From an uncultured virus (IMG/VR IMGVR_UViG_3300022602_000041) (lineage: Duplodnaviria > Heunggongvirae > Uroviricota > Caudoviricetes): a stretch of 64,000 bases of DNA. The notes under the pieces were generated by a model, which saw only the letters and a list, made by a program, of their open reading frames with translations, had not been told where the DNA came from and made no database searches. The stretch's first letter is position 1. Each line of letters begins with the position of its first letter. This document shows positions 1 to 9,510 of this stretch, piece by piece. The stretch is taken from the IMG/VR virus record IMGVR_UViG_3300022602_000041; one strand, 5' to 3'. Made by a program: the position numbers and the translations under genes.

Positions 1-1057
1 GATGCTTAGGTAAATTACTTCTAGTATCTAATGGATCCGTCCATACAGTATCTCTGTCAAATGTAGATCGTTTTTGACCTGGATCTTTTTTAGGTCTTTC
101 TTTTATACCGTATCCGTAATCTATGCTATCGTAATCATCACTGTCGCCTTTCTTTTGAGTAAACAGTTTACCTTTGTATTTAGGATCACGCCATTTAGCA
201 GATTCTTCCATGTCTTCATAATCTTTAGGATCATGTTCTTCATAGTGGTAGTACTCTAACGCTTCTTGACGGCTCCAACCGTATTTTCGCATTAGGTGTC
301 GAATTTTTTTCTCTTCGTCGTCCTCGTGATGAGCGTTTTCTTTTACATCTTTTTTAGACATTTTTTCGCTTTCACGACGAGCTTTATCACTCATATTAGT
401 AACTTTACCACGGCCATCTTTCTTTTCAGCTTTTTTCCATTCGCCTTCTTCTTTCCAACGAACTACATTGCCTTTTTCATCTTTTTCTTCTGTACGTTCT
501 TCTTTAATAGTGTCATACAAACTTTGTAAACGGCTAGCAACTTCTTCGTGCATTGGGTGACGCAATGGATTTGTTCCTGGTGCGCGAGCCATCGGACTTA
601 CTTTGGCTTTGCTATTCATGTCATCACCGCTGAATGTAACAGCATCAATTCCATGTGTGTGATGGCCACTACTGCCGTCTGCACTGTTTTCCCAATGCTC
701 ATCATCTTCGCCCACTGCTTCTTCCATTTCTTCTTCTGGAGCAGTAGTTAAAGGACTATCTTGGCCTGCCATTTCTTGTTCCATACTGTGAACCATATCA
801 CCGATTAAAGGCTCTTCTTCACCGCCTTGAGCATGTGCATGATGAGGTTCTGTAGTCATTGCACCTGTTTCGCCGTGTTCGATATCTCGTAGCACAGCCA
901 TTAAACTTTTAATTCCATCTGCACCACTACCATTCATACTAACATTCATAGTTACTGTATTAGGTTGTTCTGCGTGTGCAATAGGTGCTGGGCCGCCAAT
1001 AGTAACGATGCCCTCATCAATACTTTTTAATTTTGATACTAAATCTTCTAAATTCAT
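1..1057 (-). CDS. Acidic, His-rich hypothetical protein, probable internal head protein (3' end runs off the window; absent from the ORF track)
   Basis: ATG at 1057-1055 overlaps the TAA of the upstream gene (TAATG). My translation (MNLEDLVSKLKSIDEGIVTIGG...WTDPLDTRSNLPKH) stays open to position 2. Confidence 0.8.
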   Translation of the reverse strand, partial: MNLEDLVSKLKSIDEGIVTIGGPAPIAHAEQPNTVTMNVSMNGSGADGIKSLMAVLRDIEHGETGAMTTEPHHAHAQGGEEEPLIGDMVHSMEQEMAGQDSPLTTAPEEEMEEAVGEDDEHWENSADGSSGHHTHGIDAVTFSGDDMNSKAKVSPMARAPGTNPLRHPMHEEVASRLQSLYDTIKEERTEEKDEKGNVVRWKEEGEWKKAEKKDGRGKVTNMSDKARRESEKMSKKDVKENAHHEDDEEKKIRHLMRKYGWSRQEALEYYHYEEHDPKDYEDMEESAKWRDPKYKGKLFTQKKGDSDDYDSIDYGYGIKERPKKDPGQKRSTFDRDTVWTDPLDTRSNLPKH

Positions 1058-1695
1058 TATTTCGCTCCCTTCATTGGATCAGTGATTTTGACCTGTTTAG
1101 TAAAAATGTTTGAAAACTTTTTAGTTTCAACTTTTACTTGTTTTCCAGGAGTTTCTTTACTGTGTTTAGGCACACTTGGTGCTAAGATTTCATCGTTAAC
1201 ACCTTTGTATTGCGTTCCTGTTGTGCGTGGATCTTTAGCAAGGTCTGCTAAGAAACTCATTTTGTGCGATTCACTAGTTAATTCTTGACCGCCAGGAGCA
1301 TACTCTAATTCATGTTTATTTAAAAATGATTCACCTGTGCGTTCGTCATTCTCGTGATTTAAATCGTGTTCTGCAACTTCTGCCATATTCATTGCTTTAA
1401 CTTCTGATAATGATTTTCCTAATGCAGAAGCAATTAAATCACGTATTTGATGGTTAGTTGCTGGGTAATCTACTGTTACATCATATACTGACATTGACAA
1501 GTTTTTATGTTCAGGAAATTCTGAATGACGAATTTGTACCGGTGTACGTTTTCCTTCACTGACGCTCCCAACATGGAATTGTGCCAATGCGGCTTTAATT
1601 TGAGAAGCACAATCTTTCGGGCATTCCCCGATAATTTTTACTTTAAATTCGTAAATCTTCTTGCTTTCCATTAAGTATTCTTTAAATGATTTCAT
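1057..1695 (-). CDS. Hypothetical protein with an N-terminus resembling the T4 capsid-targeting sequence (probable internal head protein)
   Basis: 212 aa; starts MKSFKEYLMES, similar to MKTYQEFIAE of T4 internal proteins; late promoter upstream. Confidence 0.55.
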   Translation of the reverse strand: MKSFKEYLMESKKIYEFKVKIIGECPKDCASQIKAALAQFHVGSVSEGKRTPVQIRHSEFPEHKNLSMSVYDVTVDYPATNHQIRDLIASALGKSLSEVKAMNMAEVAEHDLNHENDERTGESFLNKHELEYAPGGQELTSESHKMSFLADLAKDPRTTGTQYKGVNDEILAPSVPKHSKETPGKQVKVETKKFSNIFTKQVKITDPMKGAK

Positions 1696-1713
1696 AGTAT
1701 AATCCCAGTATTG

Positions 1714-1719
1714 TATTTA
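1714..1719 (-). promoter_or_regulatory. T4-type late promoter (TAAATA)
   Basis: AATAAATA on minus strand overlapping the stop of the upstream gene, 18 nt before the ATG at 1695. Confidence 0.65.
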
Positions 1720-2199
1720 TTTCAAATTCTTTAATTTCTCAAGCAAGCTATTACGGTCAGTAATAATAACTCCATCGCCCTGCAATGTAACTCCTTCATC
1801 GGCACTATTAGCTTCTTGATCTAACTTTTGTTTCTTTAACTGTAAGTCGATCATTTTTAACTTTTTGTCTAATTTAGCAGTTTTAGCTTGGATTGCATTT
1901 CCTAACATACTAGCCGCAACTTCGAATAGTCGACCACTGTAACGTGCCTCAACATTCATACCAAGATCCATGATATCTTCATATGCATCTGTAGCTTTTT
2001 TTGCTAACTCATCTAATTCTGCATCACCCAAATCGCCTAGTCCTTTTACTTGTGGTAATGCGGCTGAAATCTTATCAAACTCATTCATATCTCGTATAAA
2101 TGGAGCCGCAACTTCAGCTTTAGTTTTTTCTTTTTCTTCCTGTTTAACAATCTTTTTGCTTTCAGGCAGGTTTAATATTTCTTCTAATTTTCTAGTCAT
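1717..2199 (-). CDS. Probable terminase small subunit (T4 gp16-like)
   Basis: 160 aa, helical; RLFEVAASML...KLKMIDLQLKKQKL...IITDRNSLLEKLK resembles the gp16-family pattern; lies next to the gp4-like gene. Confidence 0.55.
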   Translation of the reverse strand: MTRKLEEILNLPESKKIVKQEEKEKTKAEVAAPFIRDMNEFDKISAALPQVKGLGDLGDAELDELAKKATDAYEDIMDLGMNVEARYSGRLFEVAASMLGNAIQAKTAKLDKKLKMIDLQLKKQKLDQEANSADEGVTLQGDGVIITDRNSLLEKLKNLK

Positions 2200-2204
2200 A
2201 ATAC

Positions 2205-2210
2205 TACTTA
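2205..2210 (-). promoter_or_regulatory. Variant late promoter (TAAGTA)
   Basis: One mismatch to TAAATA; overlaps the gp4 stop and lies 5 nt before the ATG, the same geometry as other sites. Confidence 0.4.
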
Positions 2211-2639
2211 TACTTGGCTAAAAATATCGTTTTCATTTAAGATACGAAATCGGATACCTTGTTGTTTACACCATAGTCCAGCACTAGCCCACTTAGCTTG
2301 ATTTTTAACAAATTGTGCTTGATTATATTTGTTTTTACCTACACGTTCTAAAATTGTTTGGCTTGCGGGTTTTATTTCAATTAATTCGGTGAGTATTTTT
2401 CCATGTTTATCCATATATTGAATAAAAAAATCCGGAACATATACTGTATGCCTTCCAGTTAAAGGATCTCTATAAGGAATTTGAACTGCTTCGCTTGCCC
2501 ATTTTAATATGCTTTTGTTTGTATCACAAAAGTTCATAAAAGTTAATTCCCAACTTGAACGATATGTAGGAATTTTAGTACCGACATATTTTTCTGGGTG
2601 TTTCATAGAAAACTTGCCACGAGCGAATTTAGAAGGCAT
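2208..2639 (-). CDS. gp4: Head completion nuclease, T4 gp4-like (TnsA-type endonuclease fold)
   Basis: YRSSWE..FM.FCD.N..I.KWASE...IPY.DP....H.Y.PDF and EIKP motifs. Confidence 0.85.
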   Translation of the reverse strand: MPSKFARGKFSMKHPEKYVGTKIPTYRSSWELTFMNFCDTNKSILKWASEAVQIPYRDPLTGRHTVYVPDFFIQYMDKHGKILTELIEIKPASQTILERVGKNKYNQAQFVKNQAKWASAGLWCKQQGIRFRILNENDIFSQV

Positions 2640-2640
2640 A

Positions 2641-2985
2641 TTAAATTAAAATATTTCTACTTTCGTAACTGTTTGCTACTGGCTGGATTCGATATCCTAG
2701 AAAACTAGTTTTTTCTCTATAACTATTCAATACCTGAGCAACAACTTGACTTAATTGTACATCGGTTAGCCCTTTTAGTTTATCTAATAAAGTAAAAACA
2801 TTTACATTTTCAACTCGAGCTTGTGTTAATAATATAATAGCAGTACTTCTAGCGCTGACTGTATCAAATCCTCTTTTTTGAAAAAAACCTACTGTAGCAT
2901 CAACTTGCTGTGTAGGAAAACTAATAGGAGTTGAAAAATAATTATTAAAAAATGTTTTAACATCAGTAACGGTATTCGTTGCCAT
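2641..2985 (-). CDS. Hypothetical protein (tail region)
   Basis: 114-aa ORF tightly packed between its neighbours. Confidence 0.7.
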   Translation of the reverse strand: MATNTVTDVKTFFNNYFSTPISFPTQQVDATVGFFQKRGFDTVSARSTAIILLTQARVENVNVFTLLDKLKGLTDVQLSQVVAQVLNSYREKTSFLGYRIQPVANSYESRNILI

Positions 2986-2987
2986 AA

Positions 2988-4256
2988 TTAAGGTCCTTGT
3001 GAAAAATCTTCACCGCCATCATCTGCTGGAGTTAACGTCGAGGGAATATCTGAATTCTCATCAGTACCGTCGCCACCATCACTACCTTCCGCATCTGACT
3101 CATCGCCAACCGCTGGACCAATACCACCATCTCCTGAAGGTATTGCTGTATCACTATTATCACCAGTTGGAGCAAGTGAAGCACTGTCCATATTTCCTAT
3201 TCCGGATTCAGTAGCATTAGTTAGATCTGATGCACTAGACGATCCTGGAAAACTAAATCCTGATAACGCACCGGCGGCTCCACTAAGTCCGTTTAGTAGG
3301 CCTAAACCTCCGGCGGCACCTAATGCTAATGCACCTACACCTAATGCTGTTCCAAGAGCCGAACTACTAGATCCTGCTGTAGATTGTGTATTCTGATAAT
3401 TATTAATTGTATTAATTGTATTGTTCAGGATGCCTGGCGCAAGACTTTCCATATCCAATGCTTGTACAAAACTTGGATCAATAACAGATGGATCAGGATT
3501 AATACCAGTCAATGTACTAGGTGTGGTATCATAATGTACAACACCAAAACCTTCTGGTGCGCCGGTAGCAACTACCCCTTGATTATAAGATACTGCTTCA
3601 TATGATATAACCATTGTAAATTCATGTACAGTAGTTTTTGACCAATCTAATCCCATCCCGTCCCATGATTTTATTATAGGATTTATTAATTTTACGCTGA
3701 CAAATTCGTGTCTTGCCATCTGGCTAATAAGAATATAATTAAAAAATGGGTTCGTAGAACCGTTGTCTAATCCGTAAGGATGGTTAATATAGTTACTGCT
3801 TTTTGTTGCGGTTCTATCATAAGATCCGGCAGTATTTGCACTTATTGGATCAGCATAATAATATGCATAATAGTTTTGCCACATTTGATTTACTAAACCC
3901 ATGTTATCATCATAAAACTTGATGATAACATCGCCAGGAACATGTCTAGTTTGTATTTGTTTATGTCTATTGTATTGATTAACATCTTCTACTTTAATTT
4001 CAAACTTAGGCAATGTTACTGATTTTGCCAACATATTAAGTTCGTTACCATATGTTGAAAATATAGCCGTGTTTTTTAAAGCCGCTGTGTTAATATTAAA
4101 AGATACATGATGTTGAAAATCAAGTTTAGGAGCCAGTCTAAACTGCTGGTCCGAGAACATGCGAGCACCATGCTGCCAATCTTTGAGGATCTTAGTTTGG
4201 CCGTTACTGTCGGGCGTGTTTGTAAACTGTAAATCGTTGTTGGCGGTAAATGACAT
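2988..4256 (-). CDS. Tail-tube-fold protein, probable tube initiator/baseplate junction (gp48/gp54-like), with a low-complexity C-terminus
   Basis: N-half LAKSVTLPKF...NQYNR...IKFYDD...LINPII resembles the tube fold; directly follows gp19. Confidence 0.55.
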   Translation of the reverse strand: MSFTANNDLQFTNTPDSNGQTKILKDWQHGARMFSDQQFRLAPKLDFQHHVSFNINTAALKNTAIFSTYGNELNMLAKSVTLPKFEIKVEDVNQYNRHKQIQTRHVPGDVIIKFYDDNMGLVNQMWQNYYAYYYADPISANTAGSYDRTATKSSNYINHPYGLDNGSTNPFFNYILISQMARHEFVSVKLINPIIKSWDGMGLDWSKTTVHEFTMVISYEAVSYNQGVVATGAPEGFGVVHYDTTPSTLTGINPDPSVIDPSFVQALDMESLAPGILNNTINTINNYQNTQSTAGSSSSALGTALGVGALALGAAGGLGLLNGLSGAAGALSGFSFPGSSSASDLTNATESGIGNMDSASLAPTGDNSDTAIPSGDGGIGPAVGDESDAEGSDGGDGTDENSDIPSTLTPADDGGEDFSQGP

Positions 4257-4264
4257 AGTGTAAC

Positions 4265-4270
4265 TATTTA
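4265..4270 (-). promoter_or_regulatory. T4-type late promoter (TAAATA)
   Basis: 8 nt upstream of the ATG at 4256. Confidence 0.6.
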
Positions 4271-4310
4271 TTTAAAAAATAATGTATGTAGTTAATGAAT
4301 TGTCATTATA

Positions 4311-4329
4311 AAACCCACTTAGTGGGTTT
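4311..4329 (-). terminator. Intrinsic terminator after the tube gene
   Basis: AAACCCACT/AGTGGGTTT inverted repeat followed by T-rich sequence on the minus strand. Confidence 0.65.
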
Positions 4330-4334
4330 CATAA

Positions 4335-4976
4335 TTACTTAGTTACTGATCCAGCGCCCGGAGTCGAAGGATAAACCATTACAGCTTTATTTGCTCCGAA
4401 TGTTCCGCCAACTGTTTGAATTGCATTATCAAAAACAATACTTAATTCGATAACAACTGGTTCATTTGTTTTATAAGCAAGATTACCGTAGGTAACTTTT
4501 TGTACATAACAACCATATACTTCCCATGTTTCTAAAACTTGAGGTGTAAATGATCCGTTACCACCGTCCAACATATCGATTTCCATATTGAACTTATAAT
4601 CGCCTGCTGCCGCAGCCGAACTCTGTTCAAAGAAGTCGAATTGTTTCTGCATTTGTTCACCGACCATGCTAGTAACTTCGCCTGTTTGATTATCACGTAA
4701 TTTGATAGTCATTGGGCTCCATTTTGGTTTACCTGCATAGTGGATACGACTGTTGTAGATATCAATAATTTGATCTTCCATTTCAACAGTAGGACGCATT
4801 GCATCTTGAACTTGTTTTGTAAGTTCGTTTACATTACCGGCTGTAACGCCGAAGTTTGTAAAACTAACTCTGAATCTATACTGTAGTTTAGGCATCAGCA
4901 AGCCCTGAGAGCCGGATGATTGATCCCCAGGGGTACCTAGTGGTACTGTAAAGTTTGATAAGGCTGCGATTGACAT
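4335..4976 (-). CDS. gp19: Tail tube protein (T4 gp19-like)
   Basis: 213 aa; PKLQYRFRV, YAGKPKWSPMTIKLRD and ETWEVYGCY motifs; immediately downstream of the sheath. Confidence 0.85.
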   Translation of the reverse strand: MSIAALSNFTVPLGTPGDQSSGSQGLLMPKLQYRFRVSFTNFGVTAGNVNELTKQVQDAMRPTVEMEDQIIDIYNSRIHYAGKPKWSPMTIKLRDNQTGEVTSMVGEQMQKQFDFFEQSSAAAAGDYKFNMEIDMLDGGNGSFTPQVLETWEVYGCYVQKVTYGNLAYKTNEPVVIELSIVFDNAIQTVGGTFGANKAVMVYPSTPGAGSVTK

Positions 4977-4989
4977 TTATTTCTCCTAA

Positions 4990-7900
4990 TTATGCGCTTA
5001 GACCAGCGATAGCACCAGTATTTTCTAAGCGTAGTGGAATATAAATGAACTCCACGGCTTTAACTGGTTCAATAGCTATGTCAACGTAAAGTTCGCTTGC
5101 ATCGATTCTAGCTGGTGTGTTGTTGCTTGAATCACATACTACTAAGTAGTCATACAACGCACGTTCTGCTGTAAGTTCTACCATTAACTTAGTAACTTCA
5201 TTCTTAATCTGAGTACGTGTTATAGTATCGTTTGGTTCAAAGATATATGGTTTAGCCAACTTATTCAATTGATAACGTAAGTAGCAAACTAAACGTGCAA
5301 CATTAATACGATCCAATGAACTTGCAACTAATTGACGTGTATATTGTCCATAAACAACTAATCCTGTGCCAGCAATATATGTAATTGGGTTTACATGGAT
5401 TGATGCTAGTGTATCACGTTGTCCACTGTTCAATGCTACAGTCATAAACTCGCCTGTTTGTCCATCAACATAACCAACACTGCTTGCGTTAGTTACACCG
5501 CCACGACGTACACCAGCTGGTGCAAACCATGGATAAGAAACATTATCACTTAGTGCGATTGTACGCAACATGATATGACTTGGGGGAACAACAATGTTAT
5601 TACCTAATAAATCTGTTGTGTAACCCCATGGATAATAAACAGCTGAATAAGGATCTGTAAAGATTAAACCAGTCTGACTATCCACTGTTGCTCCTGCGGT
5701 ATTATTCCCCCAATTGCTTAATGTAGTTGCATCTGGTGTTAAACGAGCTGGAGTATCATGGATAATGAAAGCAGTTTGTCCGTTGTCAGTGTTTAATCCA
5801 ACTAATGAACTAGCTGTCTCAATATATCCTGGGCAACTTAATAAGTTAAAAATAACTGTATCTGGTTGACGAATATTTGTATTGCTTTGGATTGTTTCTT
5901 CTAATGCTTGTAATACTACTGCACGTTGTGAGAAACGACCTAATTGTGCAACACCATTAGTATTATTGGCTGATTTAGTTACCCAGCGATCTGGATAGTA
6001 GTCTGTCATCAATGATGGACTGTTAGCATTGTATATTGTATTGTAGTCCTGTGTGTTAACATAACCAACTTCATAAGATTTAACATTAAAGTCACTACGA
6101 CGTGTATTAAACAATAATGTTCCTTTTGGATACAATGCTGGGCTTGGACAATCGAAATCAACAAAATCGCTTGTTAATAAACTTGCAATAGTGTCGGGTG
6201 CTCCTAAACCTGTATGTGCAGTGACAAACTGTGATTGATCACTCCAACGTGCATCGGCAAACACAATACCATTTTGGCTTGTGTGGTCAGTATTATCAAC
6301 ACGTGACCAAGTTTTTGTTTGGTAGTTATAAACATTGATATTTGGAAAATCTTCTAGATCACTTGTATTAATCCAAATATCACCGTTAGCTAATGCTGAC
6401 CCACTATTATTTAGAGTAGGTTTAGATGCTGATACAATAGGACCTAGTGGATCTGTTGTTGTTCCACCTACAGCATTTTGTGTATAGTTTAGATATCCTT
6501 TCCATTTTGATCCATCATTAATCATGATATCAAAGTTTTCTAAACTATTGTTATACCACAATGTTCCGTTAGCAGGTGCAGTTGTAGGACTTGTAATACT
6601 TGCTAATGCAAATGTTGATCCGCTCCACAATGATGAAAGATAATTGTTAGCAACGCCATTTGGATGAGTATAGAAATTCTCAGTAGTTCCAACACTGAAT
6701 ATAGTTGCTAATGGTGTGTTAGTACCATCTACGAATTTAATATCACCGCCTGCAAGATGACTAATAGTAATAGTTGGAGCAGTTAGTGTTCCACTTAATG
6801 AAAATACCATGTTGGCATCATTCACGGCAGCTTGTAATGCTGTCAATAATGCATTAGCATCGTTTAAAGCATTGCCAGTTGCATTAAATGTAACTGGTAC
6901 AGCATTTGTTAAACTTGTGCTTCCAATAGAACTTTCTTGAATTGTAAAACTATAAGTTTCGCTAGTAGCTGTACCAGTGATAGTATTTGATGCAGTGTTT
7001 ACTAGCTGACTTGTGCTTACTGTATAACTTGTAGCTGTAGTTACTGTTCCTGTTGTTGTTTGATTTAACAAATATGTACCAGTGCCGCCAGCTCCTGAAC
7101 CAAACGCTTGAATATAACTACCTGTTGTTACACTAGTTCCGCTTAGTAACATGCCTCGGCTAATAGTACCAGTTACCGCTGTAACGTTTAGCACATTAGT
7201 TAATGTATAAGTTAATCCTGTTGGAGTACCTGTTGTTGTTACAATGGCTGATCCTGATAGTGTAGTTAATGTGAATGTTGTTGTACCATTCGTGGCACTA
7301 ATAACATAAGTTGTTGGATTAGCATAACCAGTAATGCTACCTGTTCCGCCTAATGTCCCTGAAATAGTCACTTGCATACCAGTATATAATCCAGTTGTTG
7401 TGCAAGAGAATTGACCAGCTGTACCAGTAATTGATACGCCCGACAATGTATTATTTAAGAATGTAGCTGTGATTGCTGTTGCAGTATTAACTGAAGAAAT
7501 TGATGTACCAGTAGTAACTCCAGTTCCGCTTAATACCATACCAGCTGTATATGTACCAGTAATAGTTCCTGTTGGAGTGAACACGTTACCGGATGTAGTT
7601 CCAGAACCATTTGAAATAATACCATATGCACTAGCAGTCAATGGGCTTCCATCAAATGTTGCGTTACTGATTACGTTTGAAGTAATAGTAGTTGCTCCAA
7701 CACCAGCTCTAGTATATAATTTAGTTCTAAAATAACCGCCTGAAACAGTTAATCCAGAAGTTGAACCTGCTTCGCTATCGTTATATTTTACATAAGTAGT
7801 TCCGATAGGTAAGTTGATTCCGCCACCAGTAGGATCTAATGTTGCCAATGCTGATTGTCCGTTTGGAAATAATTGTACAGCTTGCACAACCCATGAACTT

Positions 7901-9069
7901 GTTGCGGCATTGTATTTTTTAACAAAATAATTTGCACCTTGATTAACTGATGTAGTTTTAACCCAAACACTGCCTGTTGGATAACCATTAACAAAGTTTG
8001 TTTGTTGGTAAGTGCCAAATTGTGGAACACTATAGTGTGGGCTCATCTGCAATGCTGGTGGCAAATAATTACCAGCTGTGATACCTAATATAGTTAACCC
8101 TGTACCGCTACTATTGCTTATTGTGATACCGCCAGCATTTCCGCCTGAACTACCTGATGTAGTACCATTTGAGTAAATCTGTAGATAGCCATTAATAACT
8201 GCGGCTGTTACTCCGGTAATGGCAGCACCATTAATTGCTGTTGCTAATGTAGTAGGGCTAGTAGATGAAGCACCAATCGCACTTGATCCATTAATAGTTA
8301 GTGATACTGAACCAGATGTCCATGAACTTGTAGCACTTGTAGCTGTAATTGTTGGCCAACTTGCTTGCCACGCTGAACTACCAACTTCTACCCATGTACC
8401 AGCTGGAGTACTAGTTTGATATTTTTTAAACCATAATTTAATTATCGTTGTTGTATTAGCAGAATTGCCTGTTAATACGTAGTCACCTAATGAACCAAAA
8501 CTAGATAACGGTGTATAATTACCATCGTTTGTCATTAACGCTGTGTTTGTTAGATACATTAGATTATTAATGGATCCTTGATTTGTAAATGTTTGTCCAC
8601 TGGTACCAGTAGATGAATTCCACTGGAAAATACCAAAATTAGTATCGGCGATATCAAACCATGCTGTTTGATCGGCTGGAGGGCTTGTTGGAATATTTGC
8701 ATTGCCGATAAGTTGACTTGTATCAACGTTGGCACGTACAACGTATGCACGGTTACTTACACCTAAAAAGCTATAAGCGGCTTGCAATCCATATTCATTA
8801 ACTTCGCTGGCGTTAATAGGATTATTTTCAGCGTCAGTTTGGAAATAAGGAATACCAAAAGTATTTCCTAAGTCTTGCTGGCTTGTTAGCAAGTATACAG
8901 TACCGGCATTAGCTGGCAATGTTCCCGGAGCGATTCCGGTTCCTGCTGAATTCATTTTGTTTGCTTGACTAGCAACAATTAGCAAAGGTACAGTTCCGGG
9001 CGCGGCTGGAAGATAGAACGATTCGTCGATTACTGTTACGCTTACGCCTGGGGAATTTAATGTGGCCAT
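4990..9069 (-). CDS. gp18: Contractile tail sheath protein (T4 gp18-like) with large internal insertions
   Basis: N-terminal LNSPGVSVTVIDES; C-terminal WFAPAG..RG, RINVARL, FEPND..TR, CDSSNNTPARID and IEPVKAVEFIYI motifs; 1359 aa. Confidence 0.95.
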   Translation of the reverse strand: MATLNSPGVSVTVIDESFYLPAAPGTVPLLIVASQANKMNSAGTGIAPGTLPANAGTVYLLTSQQDLGNTFGIPYFQTDAENNPINASEVNEYGLQAAYSFLGVSNRAYVVRANVDTSQLIGNANIPTSPPADQTAWFDIADTNFGIFQWNSSTGTSGQTFTNQGSINNLMYLTNTALMTNDGNYTPLSSFGSLGDYVLTGNSANTTTIIKLWFKKYQTSTPAGTWVEVGSSAWQASWPTITATSATSSWTSGSVSLTINGSSAIGASSTSPTTLATAINGAAITGVTAAVINGYLQIYSNGTTSGSSGGNAGGITISNSSGTGLTILGITAGNYLPPALQMSPHYSVPQFGTYQQTNFVNGYPTGSVWVKTTSVNQGANYFVKKYNAATSSWVVQAVQLFPNGQSALATLDPTGGGINLPIGTTYVKYNDSEAGSTSGLTVSGGYFRTKLYTRAGVGATTITSNVISNATFDGSPLTASAYGIISNGSGTTSGNVFTPTGTITGTYTAGMVLSGTGVTTGTSISSVNTATAITATFLNNTLSGVSITGTAGQFSCTTTGLYTGMQVTISGTLGGTGSITGYANPTTYVISATNGTTTFTLTTLSGSAIVTTTGTPTGLTYTLTNVLNVTAVTGTISRGMLLSGTSVTTGSYIQAFGSGAGGTGTYLLNQTTTGTVTTATSYTVSTSQLVNTASNTITGTATSETYSFTIQESSIGSTSLTNAVPVTFNATGNALNDANALLTALQAAVNDANMVFSLSGTLTAPTITISHLAGGDIKFVDGTNTPLATIFSVGTTENFYTHPNGVANNYLSSLWSGSTFALASITSPTTAPANGTLWYNNSLENFDIMINDGSKWKGYLNYTQNAVGGTTTDPLGPIVSASKPTLNNSGSALANGDIWINTSDLEDFPNINVYNYQTKTWSRVDNTDHTSQNGIVFADARWSDQSQFVTAHTGLGAPDTIASLLTSDFVDFDCPSPALYPKGTLLFNTRRSDFNVKSYEVGYVNTQDYNTIYNANSPSLMTDYYPDRWVTKSANNTNGVAQLGRFSQRAVVLQALEETIQSNTNIRQPDTVIFNLLSCPGYIETASSLVGLNTDNGQTAFIIHDTPARLTPDATTLSNWGNNTAGATVDSQTGLIFTDPYSAVYYPWGYTTDLLGNNIVVPPSHIMLRTIALSDNVSYPWFAPAGVRRGGVTNASSVGYVDGQTGEFMTVALNSGQRDTLASIHVNPITYIAGTGLVVYGQYTRQLVASSLDRINVARLVCYLRYQLNKLAKPYIFEPNDTITRTQIKNEVTKLMVELTAERALYDYLVVCDSSNNTPARIDASELYVDIAIEPVKAVEFIYIPLRLENTGAIAGLSA

Positions 9070-9102
9070 TTATATGATCTCCATGATTACATGTTGTTCA
9101 AG

Positions 9103-9108
9103 TATTTA
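9103..9108 (-). promoter_or_regulatory. Late promoter for the sheath-tube operon
   Basis: CATAAATA upstream of a GGAG Shine-Dalgarno and the ATG at 9069. Confidence 0.7.
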
Positions 9109-9142
9109 TGGCAATTTGATTTTTTACGGTACTTAAGGACCA

Positions 9143-9164
9143 AGAAAAGGCTTAGAAAAGGCTT
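9143..9164. repeat. 11-bp tandem direct repeat AGAAAAGGCTT x2
   Basis: Exact copies at 9143-9153 and 9154-9164, between divergent promoters. Confidence 0.8.
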
Positions 9165-9172
9165 ATTTTTTT

Positions 9173-9178
9173 TAAATA
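9173..9178 (+). promoter_or_regulatory. Late promoter (TAAATA) for the HNH-like gene
   Basis: 5 nt before the ATG at 9184. Confidence 0.55.
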
Positions 9179-9183
9179 GTAGT

Positions 9184-9510
9184 ATGAGACCACTATGTAG
9201 TTGCGGGTTAAGACCTGTAGCAATTAACTATTATAAAGGCAAAAAACCATATTACCGCAGTCAATGTGGTGCATGTTTGCGAGGTGTTAAATTACCTCGT
9301 TGGAAAAGTTCTGGCTATGTTATGAAATCAATTTGCGATAAATGTGGATTTCGTAGTACTCATCGTGAAATATTTGGAGTATTTCATGTAGATGGTGATT
9401 TAAATAATTGCAGGCCTGCAAACTTAAAAACAATTTGTGCTAATTGTGCCCGTGTTCTCCATAAGGAAGGCATTAAATGGCGACAAGGGGATCTTGTTCC
9501 GGATTTATAA
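9184..9510 (+). CDS. Zn-finger/HNH-like protein (108 aa; start revised from 9091)
   Basis: CxC and three CxxC pairs plus HVDGDLNNCRPANLKTICANC; the ATG at 9184 follows TAAATA, while the 9091 start would run through the sheath promoter. Confidence 0.7.
   Translation: MRPLCSCGLRPVAINYYKGKKPYYRSQCGACLRGVKLPRWKSSGYVMKSICDKCGFRSTHREIFGVFHVDGDLNNCRPANLKTICANCARVLHKEGIKWRQGDLVPDL

Noticed and set aside
2208..2639. Tn7 TnsA transposase / mobile element
   Set aside because: The fold is shared with T4 gp4; the context is virion assembly and no other transposition genes or ends are present.
4335..9069. Bacterial contractile injection system or tailocin
   Set aside because: Portal, protease, scaffold, capsid and neck genes are present, so this is a complete phage morphogenesis region.
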